From: a bacterium
GTDB lineage: Bacteria > SZUA-182 > DTGQ01 > JAFGSM01
Assembly: GCA_049472315.1 (NCBI GenBank)
Contig: JBLIRN010000013.1
Location: 9,562-73,561 of the forward strand
DNA: 64,000 bases
Direction: 5' to 3'
Shown here: in pieces, positions 17,339 to 27,972 of the stretch
How the letters are laid out: every line of letters begins with the position of its first letter
Position numbering within the stretch: position 1 is the first letter of the stretch
Translations under genes and position numbers: made by a program
The notes under the pieces: generated by a model
The model's input: the letters and a program-made list of their open reading frames with translations, nothing else
What the model was told of the DNA's origin: nothing
Databases searched by the model: none

Positions 17339-18903
17339 AGGTCGTCACCGGTGAGCAAATGAGGGCACTTGATCAGAAGGCCATCAAGGGGCTTGGCATT
17401 CCTGGGGTTATCCTGATGGAGCATGCGGGAAGGGGCGTGGTGGAGGAGATGGCATGCCGGTGGGAGCCCCTTGATGCGCAGAGGATCGCGATCTGCTGCG
17501 GGGCAGGGAATAACGGCGGGGACGGCCTTGTGGTGGCACGGCATCTCATGAACCGGGGATTGCGGCCCGAGGTGTTTCTCTTCGCCGAAATGGGCAAGGT
17601 GCGCGGCGATGCCCGGATCAATCTGGACGTGCTCCTGAATATGGGCGGGAGGATATATGTGGTGTCCGATCAGGACAGCCTGGAGGTCCACGGGGAGATC
17701 CTCAAGGGGTGCGACATCATCGTGGACGCAATCTTCGGGACCGGCCTCAAACCGCCTGTGCAGGGATTCTTGGCGGAGGTCATTCGGTTCATCAACGAAC
17801 TGCACAAACAGGTGGTGGCGGTGGACATCCCCTCGGGGCTGGGCGCGGATTCGCCGCTGGTTGAAGGGCCGTGCATCGATGCGGATCTCACGGTCACCTT
17901 TGCCCTGCCCAAGGTGTCCCACCTCCTGCCTCCTGCAATGGGTCATGTGGGCACCCTCGCGGTGGCGGATATCGGCATTCCTCCCTTTCTGGTTGATGAG
18001 GCGGCATGCGCAATGACCGCCCTGGACCGGCCGTTTCTGACGCCGCTGGTACGCAGGCGTTCTCCCGATTCGCACAAGGGTACCTATGGCCATTGCCTCA
18101 TCATCGCCGGCTCCGAGGGAAAGACCGGGGCCGCGTATCTTGCCGCCCAGGGCGCATTGAGAATCGGCGCAGGCCTGGTGAGCCTCGCCCTTCCCCGGAG
18201 TCTCAACGACATCATGGAGGTGAAGCTCACCGAGGCGATGACCATACCGCTCCCTGAAACCGCCGGGCGAGCCATAGCCCCGGAGGCATGGGACGCGCTT
18301 TCCCCGCATATCTCAAAATTCAGCGCCATTGTCGTCGGCCCCGGACTCTCCCAGCACCCCGGAACCGGCGAGTTCGTTCGCACATTGGTGAGCGAGGCTG
18401 CGGCTCCCCTGGTCATCGATGCGGACGCGCTCAATCTCATCGCAGGCGGGCTGGACCTGGTTAAGCACTCGGGACATGCCCCCATTTTGACCCCGCATCC
18501 CGGTGAGATGGCCCGGCTGATCGGGAGCACCGTGCCTGCGGTGCTCGAGGGAAGGCCTGAAATTGTTCGAAAAGAGGCGGAGCGAAGCGGATGTCACCTG
18601 CTTCTAAAGGGATATCAGAGCCTCATGGCCACCCCCGAGGGCGAGATGTTTGTGAATACCACCGGGAATCCCGGCATGGCCTCCGGCGGTACCGGGGACG
18701 TGCTCTCCGGCATGATAGGGGGGCTGCTTGCCCAAGGGTATGAAAAGAGGGATGCGATGCTCCTCGGTGTCTATCTCCACGGTCTTGCCGGGGATATCGC
18801 GGCGGCGGTCAAGGGGGAGGAGGCCCTCATTGCCACCGATCTTCTCGATGCCATCCCTGAGGCCTACGAGTCCCTCAAGGAGTCCCCGGATGAGATGGGA
18901 TGA
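17335..18903 (+). CDS. nnr: Bifunctional NAD(P)H-hydrate repair enzyme Nnr (epimerase plus ADP-dependent dehydratase, YjeF family)
   Basis: YjeF_N domain (CGAGNNGGDG) fused to a carbohydrate-kinase-like C-terminal domain. 522 aa. Confidence 0.85.
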   Translation: MKVVTGEQMRALDQKAIKGLGIPGVILMEHAGRGVVEEMACRWEPLDAQRIAICCGAGNNGGDGLVVARHLMNRGLRPEVFLFAEMGKVRGDARINLDVLLNMGGRIYVVSDQDSLEVHGEILKGCDIIVDAIFGTGLKPPVQGFLAEVIRFINELHKQVVAVDIPSGLGADSPLVEGPCIDADLTVTFALPKVSHLLPPAMGHVGTLAVADIGIPPFLVDEAACAMTALDRPFLTPLVRRRSPDSHKGTYGHCLIIAGSEGKTGAAYLAAQGALRIGAGLVSLALPRSLNDIMEVKLTEAMTIPLPETAGRAIAPEAWDALSPHISKFSAIVVGPGLSQHPGTGEFVRTLVSEAAAPLVIDADALNLIAGGLDLVKHSGHAPILTPHPGEMARLIGSTVPAVLEGRPEIVRKEAERSGCHLLLKGYQSLMATPEGEMFVNTTGNPGMASGGTGDVLSGMIGGLLAQGYEKRDAMLLGVYLHGLAGDIAAAVKGEEALIATDLLDAIPEAYESLKESPDEMG

Positions 18904-19750
18904 TCCGCTCGGGATGGGAGTAGACAACAAACCGGTTTTCCTGAGCCCGCCCGACCAGGGTGAGCCCGATCATGCGGGCCAACATGACAGCCCGGTCCGT
19001 TGGGGCGGAGCGGGAGATCAGAAGGGGAACGCCCATCACTCCTGCCTTGACGAGCATCTCCGAGGAGATCCTTCCCGAGGTGACAATGATCCGGTCGGCA
19101 CAGGCCCTTTTTTCAAGGAGGCACTGGCCGTACAGCTTATCGATGGCATTGTGCCGTCCCAGGTCGAAGTGGAAGATCTCTATCTCATCGGGCCTGCACA
19201 GTGCGGCATTGTGGACACCATGGGTCATTTTGTAAAGTGTTGACCGCACGAACAACCCTTCCATCAGGCCGAACACCTGGGCAGGGGAAATCCCTTGTGA
19301 GGATGCAATCTTCACCAAGGCGAGCCGTTCCTCCCCTGTGGAAAACGTCACCCCCCTGCCAAGCCCGGGTGTGCGCGTGACCTCATCTTTACACGGTGCA
19401 TTGCTGCCGCAGGGTGCCTCGATGTCGATCCTTTCCGCGTCGATCCCAGTGATCCGGACACTCTCCATTTCATCCGGTTGAATGAATCCCTCCATCGCCA
19501 GGAAGCCGATTGCGAGATATTCCCTGCCGCTGTCGCTGCAGAGCAGGGTAACCACAGGCTTACCATTAAGCCTGATGCACAGGGAGGATTCCCTGACCAG
19601 CGGGGAGATTTTTTTTGTCGGTTCCCCGTTGTATTCGATGATCTCGACCTCGGATACCATCCCGTTGTGCGACGAAGGGATATCGGAGGAGAGGTGGTTC
19701 AGGTCATGGTGTGCAGGGTGCATATGCGTAAATCCCCTATTTATTGGCAC
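18875..19750 (-). CDS. fdhD: Formate dehydrogenase accessory sulfurtransferase FdhD
   Basis: C-terminal ...ISSEMLVKAGVMGVPLLISRSAPTDRAVMLARMIGLTLVGRA, typical of FdhD. The start is uncertain. Confidence 0.7.
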   Translation of the reverse strand: MPINRGFTHMHPAHHDLNHLSSDIPSSHNGMVSEVEIIEYNGEPTKKISPLVRESSLCIRLNGKPVVTLLCSDSGREYLAIGFLAMEGFIQPDEMESVRITGIDAERIDIEAPCGSNAPCKDEVTRTPGLGRGVTFSTGEERLALVKIASSQGISPAQVFGLMEGLFVRSTLYKMTHGVHNAALCRPDEIEIFHFDLGRHNAIDKLYGQCLLEKRACADRIIVTSGRISSEMLVKAGVMGVPLLISRSAPTDRAVMLARMIGLTLVGRAQENRFVVYSHPERIIPSHPGTP

Positions 19751-19889
19751 CGCAGAGTGATTATAAAGAAAAAATCTTGATTTTAATTATAACCCACTCC
19801 TTAATACCTTGACAATCCCTCATACAATATAGGAAAATAATCTTTAATTATCAGAAAAGTTTTGTCTTTTTTTCAGCCTGCATCGTTTC

Positions 19890-19986
19890 GGGAGTGGATG
19901 GGTCACTGGTGGGCTCCCTGGACTTCAAATCCAGTGGCAGGGCTTAATCCCTCTGCGGTGGGTTCGATTCCCACACGCTCCCGCCA
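19890..19986 (+). tRNA. selC: tRNA-Sec (selenocysteine tRNA, anticodon TCA)
   Basis: 97 nt. An anticodon stem-loop ggaCTTCAAAtcc identical to the E. coli selC anticodon arm. A long variable arm, a GGTTCGATTCC T-arm, a G discriminator, and a 3' CCA. Confidence 0.75.
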
Positions 19987-21013
19987 TTCTTTCCTGATAA
20001 CCGATCTGCCGTGTCATTTCCTTTCGTTGAGGGATTGTGTGCAACGGCATGAAAGAATTTTCATATGCCCTGAAGATTCTTTGCCTATATATCGAGCGGG
20101 GAAGGGGATAAGAGTTATTTTTTTATAATTACTGTTTATTATATTATTTATTATAAATTTTTTTACAGTACCTTGCTGCGCACGTTTTTTGCAGATAATT
20201 ATACCATTATATACTTATATAATGAACTCTCTTTCTCATATCGGGTGTCGGTTTTTTGTGCTGCCTGATTCCGCTCCGCTTTGCATCAAGGATCATGATG
20301 GTTCCGAGGAACCTTTAAGATATTATGTGTGGAAGGGGGTATTTACGTGAGGTTCACGAGGATAAAGAATCTCGAAACACATGAAAAGGTGATAATCGCT
20401 CTTTGCGTCACCTTTACCGTTCTCATTGCATGTCTCATAATCACCCGATAGGGCGGGTTCCATAACCCCCGGGGGGGAGGCATTTACCGCTGCCGGCCAG
20501 AGATGCCCTCGCTCGCTGTCTGCGAGGTGTCCGTATTAAAGGACGAATCACGTCCGTTCAGTAAATCTCTATTCGATTCCGATTCGTGCGCGGCTGTGCT
20601 CAATACCGTAGAAGCATTGCCCTTGCATTTCTGTGCAGGATTCGGCATGCCTGGAATATGACCGCTCATACATCCCGCTTATGACCACGATGGGACTCGG
20701 TGCGCAGTGATTCCTCTGCCCGATTTTGGTCGAATAGATATGGTGAGGGGCATATACCGGGATGTGTTGTACCGGTCGACCGAATGCCCTATACTACCCT
20801 TGCCGAAAATCCGTGTTGCTGCGCAGCAGGGGTATCTTTCCCGGATGGAAAGGTGATGAATCCTTAACAGCCAATACACTGTGGGAGCAAGGGAGGGGGA
20901 TATTGAGCAATTGCATGAATCTTGATTCCACAACGGTCACGTGGGTAAGAGATGCTTTCATGAACCACCTGTCAGGATGGGGAACCAGCTTGATTGCATG
21001 AGGTCCTGACCGT

Positions 21014-22012
21014 ATGATACTGTACATATTTTCGTTTCTGCTCTCCTTTTCTCTCGCCCTGTACCTGACCCCTCGGGTTAGGGATATCGCCCTGCGGCTG
21101 AATATCGTGGATATCCCCGACAATAATCTCAAGCAGCACAACGGTCCGGTACCCTATCTGGGTGGGGCTGCAATCTACATCGCCTTCCTCGTCACCCTCG
21201 CCCTTACCTTCGATTTCAGCAGGGAGGTGCTCAGCCTGCTTCTGGGCGGGAGCATTGTGCTCATCATTGGTCTGGTGGACGATCTCAAGGTGTTGAGCCC
21301 AGGCTTGAAACTGATCGGGGAGTGTCTGGCAGTGCTCGCCCTGATGAAATCCGGGATCAGGATGAAGCTCACCTTCATTCCCATCTGGATCAGCATACCC
21401 GTCACCATTCTCTGGCTGATCGGGATTACCAATGCCTTCAATCTGATCGATATCATGGACGGATTGTCAGGGGGGGTTGCATTCATCGCATGTCTCTGCC
21501 TTTTCTGGGTGGCCAGCCTCAACGGCAGGACGATGATCGCCATCATGACCATTGCCCTTGGGGGGAGCATCCTCGGTTTTCTCCGATGGAACATGCCTCA
21601 TGCGCGTATCTATCTTGGGGATGCAGGAAGCCTTTTTATCGGGCTCATGATCGGGGCCCTTGCCATGATAGGGAGCTACACCGATAAAAACCTGGTGGCG
21701 ACGCTGGCGCCGGTGCTCATTCTGGGGGTGCCCATCTTTGATACGATCTTTGTGAGTTATATCCGGTTCAAACGCGGCCGGTCCATTTTCCTGGGAAGCA
21801 ATGATCATTTCGCCATTCGCCTCCGGCACCTGAAGATGTCTCCGGTGCAGGTGGTGGTCCTGTCGTATCTGGTGGCGGCGGCGCTGGGAATGGCGGGGGT
21901 GCTGATGATCTCGCTCTCGACCCGGGGCGCTGTGTACCTTTTTATGGGCACGTGTGTCATGCTCTTTGTAGGTGCATTGCTGCTCAAGCGAATCAGGATG
22001 GAAGAGGGATGA
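21014..22012 (+). CDS. Polyprenyl-phosphate N-acetylhexosamine-1-phosphate transferase (MraY/WecA family, GT4)
   Basis: NAFNLIDIMDGL motif. 10-11 transmembrane helices. Confidence 0.8.
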   Translation: MILYIFSFLLSFSLALYLTPRVRDIALRLNIVDIPDNNLKQHNGPVPYLGGAAIYIAFLVTLALTFDFSREVLSLLLGGSIVLIIGLVDDLKVLSPGLKLIGECLAVLALMKSGIRMKLTFIPIWISIPVTILWLIGITNAFNLIDIMDGLSGGVAFIACLCLFWVASLNGRTMIAIMTIALGGSILGFLRWNMPHARIYLGDAGSLFIGLMIGALAMIGSYTDKNLVATLAPVLILGVPIFDTIFVSYIRFKRGRSIFLGSNDHFAIRLRHLKMSPVQVVVLSYLVAAALGMAGVLMISLSTRGAVYLFMGTCVMLFVGALLLKRIRMEEG

Positions 22013-22050
22013 ATGAGGATCGGGATGTTTGGTGAGGGGAACATGGCAGT

Positions 22051-23295
22051 ATGGTAAAGCGGGCTGTCATAATCCACATCATTACCACCCTTGAGCTGGG
22101 GGGAGCCCAGCAGACGACCCTTTATACCGTCGCCCATCTCGACAGGAAGCGGTACCAGTCCCTCCTGATATGCGGTCCGGAAGGGCTCCTCCTTCCCGAG
22201 GCACGTTCGATGCCCGATGTCACAGTCCGGGTATGCCCCCATCTGGTGAGGGCCGTGTCGCCCATCAAAGACCTGCGCGCCCTGATATCCCTATGGCGTA
22301 TCCTGCGACAGGAAAAGGCAACCCATCCCGGGCCGGCTGTCGTGCACACCCACAGTTCCAAGGCGGGGATTTTGGGCAGGTGGGCGGCCTTTTGTGCGGG
22401 GATTCGGATCCGGATCCACACGGTCCACGGCTTCGGGTTCCACCCCCATCAGCGGCGGATGGTGCGTACCATCTTTACCCTTGCGGAGATACTGACCGGC
22501 CTCATTACCACCAGGATGGTCTATGTCTCGATGGAGAATCTGCGCCGGGGAATAGGCATGGGCATCTCCCGGCCGTCGAATTCCCTCATCATCCGAAGCG
22601 GCATCGACTGGGAGGGGTTCACACGGATCAATGGGGGAAATGCAGGGGGAGAAGGGAAGGCATTACTGCAGAAGGCCCTTAATATCAAAAAAAATAGGTT
22701 TGTAGTGGGAATGATTGCGTGCCTCAAGCCGCAGAAGGCCCCCCTGGACTTTGTCCGCATGGCGGACCGGGTGAGACGGGAACTGCCCGATACACATTTC
22801 GTTATGGTGGGGGATGGTGTCTTGAGGGATGCGGTGGAGGACATGGTGCGGGCATGCGGGCTGCAGGATCATATGCACCTGACCGGATGGCGGCGGGATA
22901 TACCGCGGCTGCTTGCCGGGTTTGATATCATGGCACTTACCTCGCTGTGGGAGGGCCTTCCCAAGGTGGTGGTGGAGGCCCAGGCGGCGGGGATTCCGGT
23001 GGTGGCGACCAAAACCCCGGGGGTTGATGAGGTGGTGCGGGAGGGTGAAACCGGATTTGTTGTCCCCCCCGGAAGCCCCGGGATTATGGCCTCCAGGGTC
23101 ATTGAATTGCTGAACAATCCTCGCATCATGGAACATATGGGAAGGAATGCCCGGTCCGTCTCCAGGGAATTCGACCTGAGGGAGGGGCTTAAAATGCACG
23201 AGGGCCTCTACGAAGACTTGATAAACGGAAAGGAATTTCGTAATAATAAACAATCAAGGCGGAAATATGATCGACCGGTCTCAATGGCAGTTTGA
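22051..23295 (+). CDS. Glycosyltransferase family 1 (GT-B, CAZy GT4-like)
   Basis: GGAQQ N-terminal motif, and the EGLPKVVVEAQAAGIPVVAT ... GETGFVV C-terminal signature. Confidence 0.8.
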   Translation: MVKRAVIIHIITTLELGGAQQTTLYTVAHLDRKRYQSLLICGPEGLLLPEARSMPDVTVRVCPHLVRAVSPIKDLRALISLWRILRQEKATHPGPAVVHTHSSKAGILGRWAAFCAGIRIRIHTVHGFGFHPHQRRMVRTIFTLAEILTGLITTRMVYVSMENLRRGIGMGISRPSNSLIIRSGIDWEGFTRINGGNAGGEGKALLQKALNIKKNRFVVGMIACLKPQKAPLDFVRMADRVRRELPDTHFVMVGDGVLRDAVEDMVRACGLQDHMHLTGWRRDIPRLLAGFDIMALTSLWEGLPKVVVEAQAAGIPVVATKTPGVDEVVREGETGFVVPPGSPGIMASRVIELLNNPRIMEHMGRNARSVSREFDLREGLKMHEGLYEDLINGKEFRNNKQSRRKYDRPVSMAV

Positions 23296-23298
23296 CTC

Positions 23299-24255
23299 AT
23301 GGATCAGGGGGAAGCCGTGGGAATAATCAGCATCGTAGGGCTTACCAAATCATATCGGTCCGGGTTTTGGGGAAAGAGGAAGCGCGCACTGGAGGGACTC
23401 AACCTCGAGGTGGAGAAGGGGGAGACGTTCGGGTACCTGGGGCCCAATGGCGCAGGAAAGACCACCACACTCAAGATACTGCTCGGCCTCATTCAACCTG
23501 ACTCGGGGCATGCAACCATCCTGGATCAGTCAATCTCCACCATCAAGGTCAGGTCACGGATCGGCTTCCTGCCTGAGCAGCCTTACTTCTATGACTACCT
23601 CACCGGCAGGGAGCTTCTGGAATTCTACGGTCATTTCTTCGGACTTTCCAGATTGCAGCGGATGAGGCGCATCGCGGACCTCCTGGAGATGGTGTCCCTC
23701 ACCGGTGCGGAGAATCTTGCCCTGAGAAAATATTCGAAGGGCATGCTTCAGAGGATCGGCATTGCCCAGGCACTGATCAATGACCCGGATATCATCTTCC
23801 TGGACGAGCCGCTTTCAGGCCTTGATCCCATAGGGCGCAAGGAGGTCAAGGATATCGTCCATACCTTGAAGAAAGAGGGAAAGACCATCTTTTTTTGCTC
23901 CCATATCCTTCCGGATGTTGAGATGATCTGTGACCGTATAGGGATTCTGGATAAGGGGCGGCTGATAGCGGTGGGCAGTCTGGATGACCTCCTCCATGTG
24001 GAGGCGAAGGGAATCGATATCGAATTCACCGGCGTTTCCGGACAGGGATTGGTGAATATACGAAGGGCTGCTAAGAAGAGCCTGGAGCAGAACCACCGCG
24101 TGCAAGTCACCCTCGACGGGGATGACCGAGTGATGGACGTCATACGGATGATCGACGAATCAGGCGGCAGGGTGTTGAGCGTTATCCCTCACCGGATGAG
24201 CCTTGAGGAGATCTTTGTGAACAAGCTGGACCTTCGCAGGGAGAAATTTCAATGA
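23299..24255 (+). CDS. ABC transporter ATP-binding protein (ABC-2 exporter type)
   Basis: Walker A (GPNGAGKTT), LSGL signature, Walker B (IIFLDEP). Confidence 0.85.
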   Translation: MDQGEAVGIISIVGLTKSYRSGFWGKRKRALEGLNLEVEKGETFGYLGPNGAGKTTTLKILLGLIQPDSGHATILDQSISTIKVRSRIGFLPEQPYFYDYLTGRELLEFYGHFFGLSRLQRMRRIADLLEMVSLTGAENLALRKYSKGMLQRIGIAQALINDPDIIFLDEPLSGLDPIGRKEVKDIVHTLKKEGKTIFFCSHILPDVEMICDRIGILDKGRLIAVGSLDDLLHVEAKGIDIEFTGVSGQGLVNIRRAAKKSLEQNHRVQVTLDGDDRVMDVIRMIDESGGRVLSVIPHRMSLEEIFVNKLDLRREKFQ

Positions 24256-25016
24256 AATGGATCAGCGTGGCATTCAACACCTTTAAGGAGGCGATCCGGA
24301 ATCACATCCTGTACAACCTCCTCATCTTCGCACTGCTTATCATCGGCGGCTCAACCATCATCGGAAACCTGACCATCGGACAGGGCGACAAGGTCATAAC
24401 GGATATAGGCCTTGCCTCCATCTCCATTTTCGGGGTGCTCATTGCGATATTTGTGGGAATAGGCCTGGTATACAAGGAAATCGATCGAAAAACCATATAC
24501 AATATCCTGTCAAAACCGATCAGAAAGTCCGAATTCCTGTTGGGTAAGTACATGGGGCTGCTCATGACCCTCGCCATAAACGTCGTGCTCATGATTATGG
24601 GATTGATGATCACCCTCTATTTCATGTCCGGCACAATCGCCTGGCACATTCTTCCCGCGGTAGGATTGATCTTCCTGGAATTGATGCTCGTGACCTCCGT
24701 GGCCATCCTCTTTTCCACCTTTTCCACGCCCACCTTGAGTACGATATTCACCCTGTCCATCTATGTGATCGGCCACCTGACAGGGGACCTGGTGAGGCTT
24801 GGGGAGAACACGGAATCGAACCTTATCAAGGGCGTAACAAAGCTTTTCTACTATCTCCTTCCGAACCTTGAAAATTTCAACATACGCACGCAGGTCGTCC
24901 ATAACCTGGCCGTTTCATCGGGATACTACTGGCGTGCCCTTGCGTACGCCTTTCTCTACCTCGGCATCATCGTCCTTATAGCACTCTATGTGTTTGCGAG
25001 GAGGGATTTCAACTAA
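24252..25016 (+). CDS. ABC-2 family transporter permease
   Basis: 254 aa, 6 transmembrane helices. Its start overlaps the ATPase stop. Confidence 0.7.
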   Translation: MKWISVAFNTFKEAIRNHILYNLLIFALLIIGGSTIIGNLTIGQGDKVITDIGLASISIFGVLIAIFVGIGLVYKEIDRKTIYNILSKPIRKSEFLLGKYMGLLMTLAINVVLMIMGLMITLYFMSGTIAWHILPAVGLIFLELMLVTSVAILFSTFSTPTLSTIFTLSIYVIGHLTGDLVRLGENTESNLIKGVTKLFYYLLPNLENFNIRTQVVHNLAVSSGYYWRALAYAFLYLGIIVLIALYVFARRDFN

Positions 25017-25195
25017 CTTCGATCATGGCCACATGTCGGGCTTGTCCAGGGGGCATTTTGCCCCGCATACTCCATGAGAAAGGGGGCAGTCATTATTGAC
25101 AGAAGAAGGGTTTTTCATTACAATAGATAACTCATTTAAAAGAAACTGAAGTCATTTTTGTATCAACTTAATAAATAGTGTCGGGTTAAAGGACA

Positions 25196-25714
25196 ATGGA
25201 GATTTTGATTGATGACATCCCTGAAGAGGGAAAAGAAATCAAATTGACTGCAAGCAGTGAAGATCTCAATTCCAGCGGTGAAGAGATCCGTCTCAAGGAG
25301 CCGCTCACCCTCAAGGCATTTGTCAAACGCTCTGGAGATAAGGTGCTGATAAAGGGGGTCATTCAGGCCCTCCTCCGGCTCGAGTGCAGCCGGTGCCTGG
25401 AGGAGTTCACCTGCCATATTGATGAGCCGTTCATCGCAACGTTTCTCCCCTCTCGAGAACGGCCCAAAGAATCGGATCTTGAATTGGAATCCGATGACCT
25501 GGATGTCAGCTTTTATACTGAAAGGACCATTGATCTGAGTGCATTGGTGAGGGAGCAGTTACTGCTTGCCATCCCGATGAATCCGGTATGCACGGTGAGC
25601 TGCAGGGGGCTTTGTCCGGAATGCGGCAAGAATTTGAATGAAGGAAGGTGTTACTGTTCCGGCTCAAAAGCGGATTCTCGCTGGTCGAAATCACGAAAAT
25701 TCGTAGATGATTAG
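25196..25714 (+). CDS. yceD: YceD/DUF177-family protein (23S rRNA accumulation protein)
   Basis: CxxC...CxxC motifs and the conserved position immediately upstream of rpmF-plsX. Confidence 0.8.
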   Translation: MEILIDDIPEEGKEIKLTASSEDLNSSGEEIRLKEPLTLKAFVKRSGDKVLIKGVIQALLRLECSRCLEEFTCHIDEPFIATFLPSRERPKESDLELESDDLDVSFYTERTIDLSALVREQLLLAIPMNPVCTVSCRGLCPECGKNLNEGRCYCSGSKADSRWSKSRKFVDD

Positions 25715-25726
25715 AAGGAGGTACAC

Positions 25727-25915
25727 ATGGCAAATCCGAAGAGAAGGGGATCAAAATCGCGGCGGGATAAGAGGAGAAGCCATTGGGCAATGAAACCGTT
25801 GACACTCGCGGTGTGTCCCGAGTGTCAGGAACCCAAGCTTCCCCACCGGTTGTGTCTTAATTGCGGGCATTACAAGAATCAAATGATTCTGGAGATCGAA
25901 GAGAAAGAGGCATAA
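25727..25915 (+). CDS. rpmF: 50S ribosomal protein L32
   Basis: MANPKRRGSKSRRDKRRSHWA... with CPEC...CLNCG. Confidence 0.9.
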   Translation: MANPKRRGSKSRRDKRRSHWAMKPLTLAVCPECQEPKLPHRLCLNCGHYKNQMILEIEEKEA

Positions 25916-25935
25916 TATTTGACATGGAGTAATCG

Positions 25936-26970
25936 ATGAAGATCGCTGTAGATGCAATGGGAGGGGACATCGGACCGGGGGCCTCCGTTACCGCTGCGGT
26001 AAAAGCCGCGCGCGAATTCGGGCTTTCCATCATCCTGGTCGGACAGGAGGATATTCTCACTGCAGAACTCGAGCGGCACCGAACCGAAGGATTGGACCTC
26101 GTCATCAAGGATGCCACGCAGATCGTCAGCATGCACGATCAACCGTCCATGGCCTTGAGGCAGAAGAAGGATTCGTCAATACGGGTGGCTGCGGAGCTTG
26201 TCAAGTCCGGAGATGCGGATGGTATGGTGAGCGCCGGCAATACCGGCGTAGTGATGGCGACCGCCAAGATCTTTTTCAAGGCCCTGGAAGGCGTTGATCG
26301 GCCTGCAATCGCCACCGTCTTACCCACCTTGAAGGGGGCGTGTCTCCTGCTCGATGCGGGCGCGAACGTCGACTGCAAGCCGCGGCACCTCCTTCAATTT
26401 GCAGTCATGGGGCACGCATACGCCCAGCAGCTATTGCGTATACCGAAACCCAGGGTGGGCGTTCTGAGTAACGGCTCCGAGGATTCCAAGGGGAACGATT
26501 TAACCAGGACTTCCTTGGGCCTGATACGGCAGGTGCCCTTCGAGTGCGTCGGTAATGTGGAGGGAAGGGACATATTCAGGGGTGAGGTGGACGTGGTGGT
26601 GACCGATGGTTTTGTCGGGAATGTGGCCCTCAAGGTTGCCGAGGGGGTTGAGGAGATGATCACCACAACGTTGCGTAAGGAGGTGAAGCGGAGTATTCTG
26701 GCACGCCTGGGTTTTTCCCTTATGGTCCCTGTTTTCAGGCGATTCAAAAAGAAGTTCGACTATGCCGAATACGGGGGTGCACCCCTTTTGGGGCTCAACA
26801 AGGTCTGTATCATCTGCCACGGTATCTCGAGCGCCCGGGCGATCAAAAATGCCATACGCGTGGCATCGGAATATATTGGTAAGGATGTGAATTCCTTGAT
26901 CATCCATGATATCACGGCCGTGAAGCAACTGATCGAAACCAAGACACTCACCCTGAAAGAGGCCCGTTGA
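25936..26970 (+). CDS. plsX: Phosphate acyltransferase PlsX
   Basis: MKIAVDAMGGDIGP N-terminus. 344 aa. Confidence 0.9.
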   Translation: MKIAVDAMGGDIGPGASVTAAVKAAREFGLSIILVGQEDILTAELERHRTEGLDLVIKDATQIVSMHDQPSMALRQKKDSSIRVAAELVKSGDADGMVSAGNTGVVMATAKIFFKALEGVDRPAIATVLPTLKGACLLLDAGANVDCKPRHLLQFAVMGHAYAQQLLRIPKPRVGVLSNGSEDSKGNDLTRTSLGLIRQVPFECVGNVEGRDIFRGEVDVVVTDGFVGNVALKVAEGVEEMITTTLRKEVKRSILARLGFSLMVPVFRRFKKKFDYAEYGGAPLLGLNKVCIICHGISSARAIKNAIRVASEYIGKDVNSLIIHDITAVKQLIETKTLTLKEAR

Positions 26971-27968
26971 GCATGCCGGGAAAAGGGACAGGGGGGGCCT
27001 TTATCTCCGGTCTCGGGGGGTTCGTACCCGAAAATATCCTCACCAACCAGGACCTGGAACGGATGGTGGATACCTCCGACGAGTGGATACAGACCCGGAC
27101 CGGAATCAGGGAACGCAGGATAGCCTCTCCCCAGCAGGCAACATCCGACCTGGCCACCGAGGCGGCACTCAATGCGATTGCGGATGCGGGCCTGACCCCT
27201 CAGGAGATCGATCTGATCATTTGCGCCACGGTTACCCCTGACAACATCTTTCCCTCCACCGCCTGCCTCATCCAGAGGAATCTGAGGAACCAGACGGCAG
27301 CCGCGTTCGACATAAGCGCTGCATGCTCCGGGTTCATCTACGGACTGTCCCTTGCCGAAATGTTCGTGAGCACAGGCCGCCACAGGCACGTCTTGGTGAT
27401 CGGGGCCGAGACCCTCTCACGATTCACCGATTGGAAGGAGCGATCGACCTGTGTGCTTTTCGGCGATGCCGCAGGTGCCGTCGTGGTCAGCCCTGCGCAG
27501 GGGGAAAGCAGGATCCTGTCGGTACATCTCTTTGCAGACGGTCGTTTTTCCGACCTTCTGGTCATACCAAGCGGCGGATCACGGCAGCCCTGTACGCACG
27601 AGACACTGGATAAGAGGCAGCACTATATCCATATGAAGGGTAACGAGACCTTCAAGATTGCGGTGAAGTCATTGGTAAACGCCTCGGTCACCGCCTTGGA
27701 ACATAATCACGTCACTGCGGATCACGTCGATCTTTTCATCTCGCACCAGGCGAATACCCGCATCATTCAGGCAGCAGCGGAGAGGCTGGGGGTCTCGGAC
27801 GAACGGGTGGTGATCACCGTCGACCGGTTCGGCAATACCTCCGCCGCCAGTATACCCACCGCCCTGTGGGACCTCTCGGTGCAGGGGAGAATAGCTCGGG
27901 GCAACATGATCCTGCTGGCTGCGTTCGGCGGTGGATTGACCTGGGGTTCCGCCTTGATCAGATGGTAA
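26967..27968 (+). CDS. fabH: 3-oxoacyl-ACP synthase III
   Basis: AAACSGF active-site Cys region and a C-terminal GNTSAASIP...FGGGLTWGS. Confidence 0.9.
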   Translation: MSMPGKGTGGAFISGLGGFVPENILTNQDLERMVDTSDEWIQTRTGIRERRIASPQQATSDLATEAALNAIADAGLTPQEIDLIICATVTPDNIFPSTACLIQRNLRNQTAAAFDISAACSGFIYGLSLAEMFVSTGRHRHVLVIGAETLSRFTDWKERSTCVLFGDAAGAVVVSPAQGESRILSVHLFADGRFSDLLVIPSGGSRQPCTHETLDKRQHYIHMKGNETFKIAVKSLVNASVTALEHNHVTADHVDLFISHQANTRIIQAAAERLGVSDERVVITVDRFGNTSAASIPTALWDLSVQGRIARGNMILLAAFGGGLTWGSALIRW

Positions 27969-27972
27969 CAAA

